Source: Candidatus Dadabacteria bacterium
GTDB lineage: Bacteria; Desulfobacterota_D; UBA1144; Nemesobacterales; Nemesobacteraceae
Direction: 5' to 3'
NCBI GenBank assembly: GCA_951812945.1
Contig: CATOTB010000006.1
Location: 6,696 to 70,695, forward strand
DNA length: 64,000 nt
The translations under genes were made by a program, and so were the position numbers. Numbering within the stretch: position 1 is the stretch's first letter; each line of letters opens with the position of its first letter. The notes below the pieces were generated by a model. The model searched no databases and had not been told where the DNA came from. It worked only from the letters and a program-made list of their open reading frames with translations. Below, one piece after another: positions 19,767 to 29,493 of the stretch.

Positions 19767-19923
19767 TGTGAAACTGTATGCGGAAAATGCAATATCAAGG
19801 TTTTTGCCGGTGTAGTTACCAGACGGCGACGCAATCTTCTGCGGGGGAACGGGATTTTCCCATGTTGCCTGTAAGCGCGTTATTAAGTATATATTTGCAA
19901 CCTGTTACAAGCTTCTCCGTTCC

Positions 19924-22900
19924 ATGCCCAAGCGAACTGACATAAAAACCATAATGGTCATCGGCTCCGGTCCGATAGTTATAGGACAGGCCTGTGAGTT
20001 TGACTATTCAGGCACCCAGGCGTGCAAGGTACTGAAGGAAGAGGGATACAGGGTGGTTCTGGTAAACAGCAATCCGGCCACCATAATGACCGACCCGGAC
20101 TTTGCCGACAGGACTTACATAGAGCCGCTCGTTCCCGAAATACTCGAAAAAATAATAGAAAAGGAAAAGCCTGACGCCCTTCTGCCCACAATAGGCGGAC
20201 AGACGGCCCTTAACCTGGCCGTTTCGCTTGCCGAGTCAGGCGTCCTGGAACGTCATGGCGTGGAGCTCATAGGTGCGAAAATTCCTGCCATAAATAAGGC
20301 GGAGAACAGGGATCTTTTCAAAAAAGCCATAGCCGACATAGGTCTTGAGGTGCCGAAAAGCGGAATCGCGCACAACATGGAAGAGGCCTGGGAAGTTGTG
20401 GACGAGATAGGGTTTCCGGTCATCATACGGCCTTCTTTTACCCTTGGCGGGACCGGCGGAAGCGTCGCCTACAACAGGGAAGAATTCCAGGAGTTCGCCA
20501 AGGCGGGGATCGAGAGCTCTCCTGCAAGCGAGATACTCATAGAGGAATCCATAGTGGGGTGGAAGGAATTTGAGTACGAAGTAATGCGGGACCACATGGA
20601 TAACGTTGTTATAATCTGCTCGATAGAGAATTTCGACGCCATGGGCGTTCACACGGGAGACAGCATAACGGTGGCTCCCGCCCAAACCCTTACCGACAAG
20701 GAATATCAGCATATGCGCGACGCGTCCATAGCGATAATAAGGGAAATTGGCGTTGAAACCGGCGGCTCGAACATCCAGTTCGCCGTTAACCCCAGAGACG
20801 GGCGGATGATGGTGATAGAGATGAACCCGAGGGTCTCGCGAAGCTCCGCGCTTGCTTCAAAGGCCACGGGGTTTCCGATTGCCAAGATAGCCGCCAAGCT
20901 TGCCGTCGGCTATTCGCTCGATGAGATCTCAAACGATATAACGAAGTACACCCCTGCGTCTTTTGAACCGACGATAGATTACGTTGTGGTGAAAATCCCC
21001 AGGTTCGCGTTTGAGAAGTTCCCGCAGACAAGCCCGACTCTCACCACGCAGATGAAATCCGTGGGTGAAGCCATGTCCATCGGAAGGACTTTCAAGGAGT
21101 CCCTGCAGAAGGCGATGAGATCTCTTGAGATAGATTCCCACGGTTTTGAGAAGATGTCTGATGATCCGGAAGAGGTAAGAGAAAGACTCAGGGTTCCCTC
21201 CCCGAGGCGGCTCTGGTACATAGCCGACGCATTCCGCCTGGGCATAGACCTGAAGGAAATTTATTCAATCTCTCACGTGGACCCGTGGTTTCTTCAAAAC
21301 ATAAAGCAGATTGTTGATTTCGAATCGGATCTTGGGGAGAACGGGCTTAACCGTGAAACCATACTTCGGGCCAAGCGCCACGGTTTCTCCGACATTGAGA
21401 TCGCAAAGATTCTTTCCACTGAGGAAGGGAAAGTCAGGGATTTCCGCCTGCGCGAGGGAATCGAGGCTTCTTTTAAGATGGTTGATACCTGCGCCGCGGA
21501 GTTCGAAGCCTACACCCCCTATCTCTATTCGACTTTCGAGAGCGAAAGCGAGGCGCTTCCCACGGACAGAAAGAAAGTGGTGATACTTGGCGGAGGGCCT
21601 AACCGCATAGGGCAGGGCATAGAGTTTGACTACTGTTGCGTGCACGCGTCTTTTGCGCTCAGGGAAGAGGGGTACGAGGCCATTATGGTTAACTGCAATC
21701 CCGAGACCGTGAGTACGGATTACGACACCTCGGACAGGCTTTATTTCGAACCGCTTACGCTTGAAGACACCTTGGCTCTTATAAAAAGGGAAGACCCTTG
21801 GGGAGTCATAGTTCATCTGGGAGGACAGACCCCGCTTCGACTCGCACTCGCGCTTGAGAGTCAGGGGGTGAGGATAATAGGCACTTCTCCTGAGAGCATA
21901 GATCTTGCAGAAGACCGCGACAGGTTCAGAAAGCTTGTTTCTGACCTGGGGCTGCTCCAGCCCCAAAGCGATACCGCGAGAAGCGAGGAGGAGGCCATTG
22001 GTATAGCTCGCGACATAGGATATCCGGTCATGGTTCGCCCGTCCTATGTTCTGGGTGGCCGCGCCATGGAGACAGTTTACGATGAGGAATCTCTTAGGAC
22101 CTACATACACGAAGCTGCGAGCGTTTCCCCGAATCACCCGATACTGATAGACAAGTTCCTAAAGGATGCGAAGGAAGTCGACGTGGACGCGGTTTGCGAC
22201 GGAAAGACGGTTGTTGTGGGCGGGGTGCTTGAGCATATCGAGGAAGCTGGGGTTCATTCGGGAGACAGCGCGGCGATTCTGCCTCCGTTTTCAATAGAAG
22301 CCGAAATTGTCGAGGAGATAAAATCCCAGACGAAAAAACTTGCGCTCTCCCTCGAGGTAAAAGGCCTTGTTAACATCCAGTTTGCCGTAAAGGACGGAGA
22401 GGTTTACATAATAGAGGTAAACCCAAGAGCTAGCCGTACCGTTCCTTTCGTGAGCAAGGCCATAGGAGTTCAGCTGGCCAAGATAGGGACCAAGGTGATG
22501 ATCGGAAAATCTCTTGAGGAACTCGGGTACACAGAAGAAATCGTCCCGGAGCACTACTGCGTAAAGGAATCGGTTTTTCCTTTCGTCAAGTTTCCGGAAG
22601 TTGACACGATCTTGGGTCCGGAGATGAAATCAACCGGCGAGGTTATGGGAATTGCTCCCGATCTTGATCAGGCGTTCGCCAAATCCCAGATCGCGGCCGG
22701 AAACAGCCTTCCTTCGGGCGGAGTGGCTTTCATAAGCATAAAAGACGAGGACAAGTCCGCCAAGATGCTTGATATCGCCCGAAGGCTAAGCGACACCGGT
22801 TTCGACATAATGGCTACCGGGGGCACATCGGAATTTCTCAATAAAAATGGTATATTTTCCCAGACGGTGAACAAGGTTAAGCAGGGCCGGCCCCACATAG

Positions 22901-23112
22901 TCGATCACCTTAAAAACGGTGATGTGCAGTTGGTTATAAACACTACTTTCGGGAAAAAGGAGATCGCGCAGTCTTATTCGATACGAAGGACCGCGCTCGT
23001 AAACAACGTTCCTTACTTCACGACTCTTGCCGGCGCAATGGCCGGAGTCGGTGCGATTGAAGCTCTTGTGAGAAGCGGTCTCGAGGTAAAGGCCTTGCAA
23101 AGCTACTACTAA
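19924..23112 (+). CDS. carB: carbamoyl-phosphate synthase large subunit
   Basis: [18 protein letters not shown], two ATP-grasp halves ([19 protein letters not shown]), C-terminal MGS domain. Confidence 0.99.
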   Translation: MPKRTDIKTIMVIGSGPIVIGQACEFDYSGTQACKVLKEEGYRVVLVNSNPATIMTDPDFADRTYIEPLVPEILEKIIEKEKPDALLPTIGGQTALNLAVSLAESGVLERHGVELIGAKIPAINKAENRDLFKKAIADIGLEVPKSGIAHNMEEAWEVVDEIGFPVIIRPSFTLGGTGGSVAYNREEFQEFAKAGIESSPASEILIEESIVGWKEFEYEVMRDHMDNVVIICSIENFDAMGVHTGDSITVAPAQTLTDKEYQHMRDASIAIIREIGVETGGSNIQFAVNPRDGRMMVIEMNPRVSRSSALASKATGFPIAKIAAKLAVGYSLDEISNDITKYTPASFEPTIDYVVVKIPRFAFEKFPQTSPTLTTQMKSVGEAMSIGRTFKESLQKAMRSLEIDSHGFEKMSDDPEEVRERLRVPSPRRLWYIADAFRLGIDLKEIYSISHVDPWFLQNIKQIVDFESDLGENGLNRETILRAKRHGFSDIEIAKILSTEEGKVRDFRLREGIEASFKMVDTCAAEFEAYTPYLYSTFESESEALPTDRKKVVILGGGPNRIGQGIEFDYCCVHASFALREEGYEAIMVNCNPETVSTDYDTSDRLYFEPLTLEDTLALIKREDPWGVIVHLGGQTPLRLALALESQGVRIIGTSPESIDLAEDRDRFRKLVSDLGLLQPQSDTARSEEEAIGIARDIGYPVMVRPSYVLGGRAMETVYDEESLRTYIHEAASVSPNHPILIDKFLKDAKEVDVDAVCDGKTVVVGGVLEHIEEAGVHSGDSAAILPPFSIEAEIVEEIKSQTKKLALSLEVKGLVNIQFAVKDGEVYIIEVNPRASRTVPFVSKAIGVQLAKIGTKVMIGKSLEELGYTEEIVPEHYCVKESVFPFVKFPEVDTILGPEMKSTGEVMGIAPDLDQAFAKSQIAAGNSLPSGGVAFISIKDEDKSAKMLDIARRLSDTGFDIMATGGTSEFLNKNGIFSQTVNKVKQGRPHIVDHLKNGDVQLVINTTFGKKEIAQSYSIRRTALVNNVPYFTTLAGAMAGVGAIEALVRSGLEVKALQSYY

Positions 23113-23156
23113 CGTAATACGGGTACGGGGACGATGACGAAGGCACAGAGGAGAAT

Positions 23157-23636
23157 TTGATGAGTGCTCAGAGAGTTCTGATTACTCCCGATGGGTGGAA
23201 AAAGCTTCGGGACGAGCTTCACAGGCTAAAGACTGTTGAAAGACAGGAAGTGATTAAGCTGATAGCGTACGCTAGGTCTCTCGGGGATCTTTCCGAAAAC
23301 GCCGAATATGAGACGGCCAAGCAGAAACAGTCGTTCATAGAGGGCAGGATACTGGAAATAGAAGGCCGTCTTGGCCGCGCGGAAGTAATTGACCCCGAGA
23401 AAATCACTGCCCGGGACAGGGTTGTTTTCGGTCTTACGGTTACGGTGGAGGATGTAGATTCCGGGGATATAAAAAAATACAGGCTTGTGGGAGAAGATGA
23501 ATCCGAGCCCGAAAAAGGCTTTATATCTGTTACCTCCCCGGTTGGCAGCGCGCTTATCGGAAAGAGAGTTGACGACGAGATACAGGTCAGGGTTCCCGGG
23601 GGAATTAAGGAATTTTTGGTTCTTAGTATAGAATAA
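23157..23636 (+). CDS. greA: transcription elongation factor GreA
   Basis: GDLSENAEY, ISVTSPVGSALIGK, VPGG. Confidence 0.96.
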   Translation: MMSAQRVLITPDGWKKLRDELHRLKTVERQEVIKLIAYARSLGDLSENAEYETAKQKQSFIEGRILEIEGRLGRAEVIDPEKITARDRVVFGLTVTVEDVDSGDIKKYRLVGEDESEPEKGFISVTSPVGSALIGKRVDDEIQVRVPGGIKEFLVLSIE

Positions 23637-23645
23637 TGTTTTGGT

Positions 23646-24233
23646 ATGGGCGGCCCGGTTGACAATCTTAGGAAATTCATACTGTTTTCAATTGCCTTCC
23701 ATGTTCTTATATCTTTTGCTTGGGGGAAAATTGTCGTGCAGAGAAGCGTTCCCGTGTACGGTGATCACATAGAGGTTTCCCTAAGGCATTTTGAATTCAA
23801 AAAACCTGCACCCGCGAAAAAAGTTGTAAAGAAAAAGAAGGTTGTCGAAAAGAAAAAGGAAAAAACTGTAAAGAAAGTGGAAAAGCGGGATGATTCCTTG
23901 GCGCTGAAAAAAGAAGAAAAACCCTCTCAGGCCGAGGAACCCGAAGAGGATTATGCCACCGCGAGACCCTCTTACGGTTTTACCCCCAGACCCGGCTACC
24001 CAGCAGTTGCCATAAGACGTGGTTACGAGGGAAGCGTGCTGCTAAACGTGCGTGTGCTTCCAAACGGTAAGCCTGAGGAAGTAACCATTTTCAGATCCTC
24101 TGGTCACAAGGTTCTTGATAAAGCCGCTTTGAAAGCGGTAAAAAGATGGAAATTCGTTCCGGCGCAAAGAGGCTTCAAGGCGGTCTCAAGCTGGGTTAAG
24201 GTTCCGATAGAGTTTCGACTGGAGGGAGGCTGA
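23646..24233 (+). CDS. tonB: TonB-family energy transducer
   Basis: N-terminal TM with SxxxH, Lys-rich linker, YPAVAIRRGYEG...SSGHKVLDKAALKAVKRWKFVPA. Confidence 0.88.
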   Translation: MGGPVDNLRKFILFSIAFHVLISFAWGKIVVQRSVPVYGDHIEVSLRHFEFKKPAPAKKVVKKKKVVEKKKEKTVKKVEKRDDSLALKKEEKPSQAEEPEEDYATARPSYGFTPRPGYPAVAIRRGYEGSVLLNVRVLPNGKPEEVTIFRSSGHKVLDKAALKAVKRWKFVPAQRGFKAVSSWVKVPIEFRLEGG

Positions 24234-24291
24234 GCCGTCGGCCGGGAGCTTGCGGGATTTTCTTTCAGAATCGGAATACTTTGTCTCTTTC

Positions 24292-24789
24292 ATGAGAAAT
24301 TATCTGAGCGTATTCGTTATATCTTTTTTGGTCGTGTCGCTTGATCAGTTGACCAAGTGGCTTGTTAAGGCGCATGTCCCGTTTCTATCGAGAATAAACG
24401 TGTTTTCCTGGTTTGATATAACGCATTTGCGAAATCCGGGAATTGCATTTGGCATGTTAAGCGACATGCCCGAGAGTGTAAGGTTTTACTTTTACGTCAT
24501 TGTCTTTATTTTGGTGCTGGTCGTGATCTTTTTCTTTCTTCGCAAGCTGGGCGAGGAGCAGAGAGTTTTTCGGTATGCGCTGGCCTTGGTGCTTGGGGGA
24601 GCGATCGGAAACTCCATAGACAGGTTTGCCTACGGATACGTGACTGATTTTATCGCGGTCTACTGGCCGGGAAACCCCGGTCTTCTCTGGCCTCCTTTTA
24701 ACGTGGCCGATTCAGCGATTACGGTCGGAGCGATTTCGGTTCTGATTTTCGGAGTTTTGGGACGGAGCAAGGAAGGAGCGGATGTTTAG
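24292..24789 (+). CDS. lspA: lipoprotein signal peptidase II
   Basis: LDQLTK, NPGIAFG, GGAIGNSIDR, VTDFI, FNVADSAI. Start 24250 or 24292. Confidence 0.95.
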   Translation: MRNYLSVFVISFLVVSLDQLTKWLVKAHVPFLSRINVFSWFDITHLRNPGIAFGMLSDMPESVRFYFYVIVFILVLVVIFFFLRKLGEEQRVFRYALALVLGGAIGNSIDRFAYGYVTDFIAVYWPGNPGLLWPPFNVADSAITVGAISVLIFGVLGRSKEGADV

Positions 24790-25414
24790 CGGGATAGTTG
24801 AAGATATTGGAGCGGTCCGGGCGCTTGAGAAAAAGGACAAGGGCGTTCTTTTAAGAGTAGGGGTTCGGAAAATTGACGGCGGGGAGCTCGCTCTGGGGGA
24901 GAGCGTGGCTGTAAACGGCGTGTGCCTTACGGTGGTTTCAGCAGGGGACGGGGGTTTTTCCGTCGACGCGTCCCACGAGACCCTCTCCAAGACGAATCTT
25001 TCCGGCCTTCGGGCGGGAAGCGGAGTAAATCTTGAGAGATCTCTTCGGGTAGGAGACAGGATGGGCGGACATATAGTTACGGGTCACGTGGATGGGGTTG
25101 GCATAGTTCAGTCTATTACTCCGGTCGGAGAATCCCGGGTTTTTTCTTTTTCAATTCCCGATTCCCTCGCAAAATATGTAGTCGAAAAAGGATCGGTTGC
25201 CGTTGACGGCGTAAGCCTCACCGTTAATTCGGTAAAGGGCACTGAGTTTTCGGTAAACATAATTCCCTACACGCTTCGGGAAACGACATTTTCTGAGTTT
25301 CGCCAGGGCCGGGAAGTTAACATAGAGTGCGACATAATAGGCAAGTACGTTGAGAAAATGCTCTCCGGCGAAAACACCTCCGCTGGGGGTTCTCCTGCCG
25401 GAAGAAAACTTTAG
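24782..25414 (+). CDS. ribE: riboflavin synthase (alpha chain)
   Basis: MFSGIVE, SVAVNGVCLTV, VNLERSL, GGHIVTGHVDG, IIPYT. Confidence 0.96.
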   Translation: MFSGIVEDIGAVRALEKKDKGVLLRVGVRKIDGGELALGESVAVNGVCLTVVSAGDGGFSVDASHETLSKTNLSGLRAGSGVNLERSLRVGDRMGGHIVTGHVDGVGIVQSITPVGESRVFSFSIPDSLAKYVVEKGSVAVDGVSLTVNSVKGTEFSVNIIPYTLRETTFSEFRQGREVNIECDIIGKYVEKMLSGENTSAGGSPAGRKL

Positions 25415-25420
25415 AGTGAT

Positions 25421-25933
25421 TTGAACGAGAAACGACACATTTTCCTTGCAGGGTTCATGGGGGCCGGCAAAACCAGCGTCGGCCAGGACCTTTCCCGAAA
25501 GCTGCAAATGGATTTCTATGATCTTGACAGTGAAGTGGAACGGGCCCAGGGGCTTTCGGTGACCGAAATCTTCGAAGCGGGCGGAGAGGAGAGTTTCAGA
25601 CAGAAAGAAACCGAGATGCTCGCGAACCTCTCGCGGAAAACATCTCCGGCCGTGATCTCAACTGGAGGGGGAGCGGTACTGAGGCAGCAAAACCGTGACA
25701 TAATGGACGCCTCGGGCGAGATCTTCTATCTGAAGGCGGATATCGATACACTTTGGAACAGGGTAAGGCTCAAGAAGGGAAGGCCGCTTCTTGATGTTGA
25801 GGACCCCCGTGCTGAGTTTCGGGAGCTTTTTATGAAGAGAAAAGACATTTACGAAGGCTTGCCGCATGTTGTTTTTACGGATGATATGAGTATTTCCGAA
25901 GTTGCTGATAAAATAGTCGGGATGCTGAAATGA
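25421..25933 (+). CDS. aroK: shikimate kinase
   Basis: GFMGAGKT, DLD, GEESFR, STGGG, RPLL. Confidence 0.95.
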   Translation: MNEKRHIFLAGFMGAGKTSVGQDLSRKLQMDFYDLDSEVERAQGLSVTEIFEAGGEESFRQKETEMLANLSRKTSPAVISTGGGAVLRQQNRDIMDASGEIFYLKADIDTLWNRVRLKKGRPLLDVEDPRAEFRELFMKRKDIYEGLPHVVFTDDMSISEVADKIVGMLK

Positions 25934-27399
25934 AGCTGGAGGCTTTAACTATGAAGAAATCTGTTTTCTTGTTTTTTGCTGCTTGTTTTTTGGTTGTAGG
26001 TTCCCTTTCATGTGCAAAAGTTGAGGAAGACGACGAGACCTCTGGACTGGTGTCGGGCGAAAGCCCCCCGGAGCTTCTTTCTTCCTCAAGCCCCCCGGGA
26101 ACCTTTCCCTCGCTCTCTGGTCTTGTCGAAAAACAGAAACATTCTGTCGTTAACATAAGTACCACAAGTGTCGTAAAACGGGGACCCATGTTTCCTGATT
26201 TCGGCGAGGGAGACGTTTTCGAGGAGTTTTTCAAGAGATTCTTTCCGAACGACCGGGAGCGGGAATTCAGAAGAAAGGGTCTGGGTTCCGGGTTCATAGT
26301 CAGCAAAAACGGCTACATAGTTACTAACAACCATGTGATCAGCAAGGCAGAAGATATACAGGTCGTCCTCTACGACGGGTCGAGGTATACGGCCGAAATT
26401 GTCGGACAGGATGTAAAGACAGACCTCGCGGTCCTGAAAATAAAGGCTGAGAAAAAACTTAAGCCCGTTGTTTTCGGGGATTCGGACGGGCTTAGAATCG
26501 GCGACTGGGTTATGGCAATCGGAAATCCCTTCGGACTCGGCTACACAGTCACGGTCGGAATAGTGAGCGCCAAGGGAAGATCCTTGGGTCTTGGGGCCTA
26601 CGATGATTTCATTCAGACCGATGCGTCCCTTAACCCCGGAAACAGCGGAGGCCCGCTTTTTAACTTGGGGGGAGAGGTGGTCGGGGTTAACACCGCGATA
26701 GCAGCCAGAGGTCAGGGAATAGGTTTTTCTATCCCGGCCAGCATGGCCAAGGGGGTCATATCCCAACTCATGGAAAAAGGGAAGGTGGTAAGAGGATGGC
26801 TGGGAGTCATTATTCAGCCTATAACGCAGGAGATTGCCGAGAGCATGGGTCATGAAAGCACCGACGGGGCCCTTATATCCGATATAAGCCCGGGAAGTCC
26901 TGCGGAGAAGGCGGGTCTTAGAAGGGGAGACGTGGTAGTGGAATTTGACGGAGAATCCATAAAGGAGTTTACGTCTTTGTCCAAACTCGTGGGGATGAAA
27001 GCCCCTGGAACTTCATCTAAAATCACCGTTCTCCGCGACGGGAAGCGTAAGGATATTTCCGTTGTTCTCGGCAGTATGCCGGATGAACAAACTCCTGCCG
27101 AGTCCCGACGGGACGAGGATATTGAATTAAGCGATATTACCCCGGATATTGCTGCGCGATTCGGTGTTGAGGATAAAGCCGGAGTGCTGGTTACGAACGT
27201 AAACCGCGGCAGTTCCGCCTGGGAAGCGGGATTTCGTCCCGGGGACGTGATACTTGAGGTTGACAAGAACCCCGTGGCGAACCTTGGGGACTACAACAAG
27301 ATCGTGAGTGGCCTTAAGCCCGGAAAGCAATATCTTTTTCTGGTAAAGAAACGCAAAAACACCATTTATATCGGCTACGCCGTCAAAAAGGAACAGTAG
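25930..27399 (+). CDS. degP: DegP/DegQ (HtrA) serine protease with two PDZ domains, probably lipoprotein
   Basis: GSGFIV, TNNHV, TDLAVLK, QTDASLNPGNSGGPL; lipobox-like SLSC. Confidence 0.93.
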   Translation: MKLEALTMKKSVFLFFAACFLVVGSLSCAKVEEDDETSGLVSGESPPELLSSSSPPGTFPSLSGLVEKQKHSVVNISTTSVVKRGPMFPDFGEGDVFEEFFKRFFPNDREREFRRKGLGSGFIVSKNGYIVTNNHVISKAEDIQVVLYDGSRYTAEIVGQDVKTDLAVLKIKAEKKLKPVVFGDSDGLRIGDWVMAIGNPFGLGYTVTVGIVSAKGRSLGLGAYDDFIQTDASLNPGNSGGPLFNLGGEVVGVNTAIAARGQGIGFSIPASMAKGVISQLMEKGKVVRGWLGVIIQPITQEIAESMGHESTDGALISDISPGSPAEKAGLRRGDVVVEFDGESIKEFTSLSKLVGMKAPGTSSKITVLRDGKRKDISVVLGSMPDEQTPAESRRDEDIELSDITPDIAARFGVEDKAGVLVTNVNRGSSAWEAGFRPGDVILEVDKNPVANLGDYNKIVSGLKPGKQYLFLVKKRKNTIYIGYAVKKEQ

Positions 27400-27416
27400 C
27401 CGCGAGCTTTTGGTAA

Positions 27417-27848
27417 TTATTCTTTGGAGATGATTTTCTTTCGGAATTCCTCAGGCATCCGCACGGTTTTTCTTTCTTTGTAGTCGAAAAACACGAGCGA
27501 AGTTTTCACCCTGGCGACCTCTTTGCCGCTTTTTTCGTTCACAAGCGCGTAGATAAGCTCGAGAAAATGGTTGCCGTACTCGCCGATGCCGATGCTTATT
27601 TCTATTACGTCTCCGTAGAATGCCTCTGAACTGTAGGTGATTCCCACATCCCCCATTATGATTCCCACTCCCTCTATGTCGCCTTCGGTGTAGCCGTGTT
27701 TCGTGAGAAACCTTACGCGGGCCTCATGCGAGAGGGTGAGCACTGAGTCGTGCCCGAGATGAGAACCGTAGTTTATGTCGTCTATCCTTATCGGAATTTG
27801 CGTTGAGAAGACGAATTTGCTCGGGAGATCTATTTTTATTCTGGACAT
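27417..27848 (-). CDS. hotdog-fold acyl-CoA thioesterase (4HBT family)
   Basis: IRIDDINYGSHLGHD...HEARVRFL...EAFYGD. Confidence 0.88.
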   Translation of the reverse strand: MSRIKIDLPSKFVFSTQIPIRIDDINYGSHLGHDSVLTLSHEARVRFLTKHGYTEGDIEGVGIIMGDVGITYSSEAFYGDVIEISIGIGEYGNHFLELIYALVNEKSGKEVARVKTSLVFFDYKERKTVRMPEEFRKKIISKE

Positions 27849-27869
27849 TTACGTGGCTAGAGAAAAACT

Positions 27870-29186
27870 ATTTGAGCGTATACTATCTTACCTACCAATC
27901 ATATAAAATATGACAAATGACCAAAGAAGTTCGCTCGGTAGAGTTCGTTGTCCTGCCCACAAGCAGGGCGAAAGCGAGGAAGATGTTTCGGGTAGCTGGA
28001 GCCTGCAGATTTGTATGGAACCATTTCAGGAACAAGAACCTTGAGGACTACCAGAAATTCAAAAAAGGTAATGGGGACAGGCCGTCTGTCAGCCACTTCA
28101 GTCTCGGGGTGGAGTTCACCAAGTTTAGGCATGAGACGGATTGGCTTCGGGAACTTCCCGCAAATCCGGTTAAATACACCCTTAAGTATTTAGCGGATGC
28201 CTTGAAACAGGCAATACAAGGCAAAAAGGGATTTCCGAAGCCGAGAAGCAGAAAAAAGACAGCACCTAGCTTTACGCTTCCCGACACGGCCAATTTTAGG
28301 ATAAAGAAACTAGACAGAAAATACGGTTTCCTCCGCATTCCTTTGATTGGTTGGGTGAAACTCACACGCAAGGGAGGCAATCTTTGGGAAAACGGTGTAC
28401 CTAAGCAGGTGGTGCTTCGCCATGATGGACGGAGGTGGAGGGCTTTTGTCTTCTATGAAGTTGAAGTGGAAGAAAGAATGGACGACGGCGAGGTTCTTGG
28501 CGTTGATATGAACGTCCGCCAGGTTGCCACTTCGGACGGACATTTTTACTTTCTGCCGGATTTAAATAAGAAAGAAGCGAGAAGGATGTGGTATCAGAGA
28601 AGGATGGCGCGACAGGTCAAAGGTTCAAACAGGCGGAAAGACACAAAAAGGAAGCTTGCGAAGGTAAGCAGGAAAATCGCCAACATACGTAAAAACTGGA
28701 TTCATCAAACTACCCATGAGATTGCGGAGAAATGCGGAACCGTCGCGATAGAAGATCTAAATGTTAAGGGCATGACCGCTTCCGCAAAAGGAACTGTTGA
28801 GAATCCCGGGAAGAACGTAAAGCAGAAGGCGGGGCTTAACAGGGTAATACTTGATACCGCTTTCGCAGAGATAAGAAAAAAACTGGAATACAAGTGTGGG
28901 AGACTGATTGAAATTAATCCCGCATACACAAGTCAGACTTGCTCGGAATGCGGACATACGGATAAGGAGAATCGCAAAACTCAATCGCGGTTCCGATGCG
29001 TTTGCTGTAGTTTTACGTCCAATGCGGACACGAACGCCGCAGTAAACATACGGCGTCTGGGAATGGCGCAACTGCACGGGGAGGGTACTGATATTAGCAC
29101 GGTCCCTGCGAACCGTGAAATTGATACGAGGCCGGTCAACTAATGGCTAGCATTGTATATAATTCCCAGTTATAGTCATGCTTCAA
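27870..29186 (+). mobile_element. non-autonomous IS200/IS605-like element (tnpB only); boundaries approximate
   Basis: No tnpA: only 68 bp separate tnpB from the divergent thioesterase. Hairpin 29149-29182 followed by TCAA (29183-29186). Confidence 0.55.
27917..29143 (+). CDS. tnpB: TnpB RNA-guided endonuclease (IS200/IS605 OrfB)
   Basis: GACRFVWN, GFPKPR, RuvC-I GVDMN, RuvC-II AIEDL, zinc finger TSQTCSECG...FRCVCC, RuvC-III NADTNAAVNI. Confidence 0.95.
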   Translation: MTKEVRSVEFVVLPTSRAKARKMFRVAGACRFVWNHFRNKNLEDYQKFKKGNGDRPSVSHFSLGVEFTKFRHETDWLRELPANPVKYTLKYLADALKQAIQGKKGFPKPRSRKKTAPSFTLPDTANFRIKKLDRKYGFLRIPLIGWVKLTRKGGNLWENGVPKQVVLRHDGRRWRAFVFYEVEVEERMDDGEVLGVDMNVRQVATSDGHFYFLPDLNKKEARRMWYQRRMARQVKGSNRRKDTKRKLAKVSRKIANIRKNWIHQTTHEIAEKCGTVAIEDLNVKGMTASAKGTVENPGKNVKQKAGLNRVILDTAFAEIRKKLEYKCGRLIEINPAYTSQTCSECGHTDKENRKTQSRFRCVCCSFTSNADTNAAVNIRRLGMAQLHGEGTDISTVPANREIDTRPVN

Positions 29187-29205
29187 AAATTGTTCCAGCA
29201 AATTT
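29040..29205 (+). ncRNA. putative omega/re-RNA scaffold overlapping the tnpB 3' end
   Basis: Nested stems CACGG...CCGTG and AGGG...CCCT in the last codons, plus a downstream hairpin. Position is where TnpB guide RNAs are encoded; ends are inferred. Confidence 0.5.
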
Positions 29206-29224
29206 TTCTAGGAGGCAGAATCAG

Positions 29225-29446
29225 ATGGAAGAAAGGACAGAAAAGGAGCATGTCAGTAACCACGTTGATATTGAATCCAAGAGGTTTTTCTTTGACGTTA
29301 AGGAAAATCACAAGGGTCAGTACCTTAGGATTACCGAACTAAGCGGTGGCAGATCCAGCATAGTGGTTCCTTTTGAAGGAATAGAGCAGTTCAGGGACAA
29401 GCTGGTCGAAACGATAAAAGAATCCCTCGAGTTAGTGGGAAGCTAA
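29225..29446 (+). CDS. PUR-alpha (PurA/DUF3276) family ssDNA/RNA-binding protein, single repeat
   Basis: AGGAGG RBS; SKRFFFDVKEN..GQYLRITE...RSSIVVP...IEQF matches the PUR repeat. Confidence 0.88.
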   Translation: MEERTEKEHVSNHVDIESKRFFFDVKENHKGQYLRITELSGGRSSIVVPFEGIEQFRDKLVETIKESLELVGS

Positions 29447-29493
29447 GAAGTTCCCAAGCGTTTCAATCCCTCCCCCATTAGGGCATAGGCTTT

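Noticed and set aside
19838-19852. Partial inverted match to 61681-61694 (GGGGGAACGG)
   Set aside because: Low-complexity ~10-14 bp match with no further similarity.
19924-23112. carB without adjacent carA
   Set aside because: Split carA/carB is common; not informative alone.
27854-29159. TGGCTAG and GTATA occur on both sides of tnpB, suggesting target-site duplication
   Set aside because: Short, inconsistently spaced, and IS200/IS605 elements do not create duplications.
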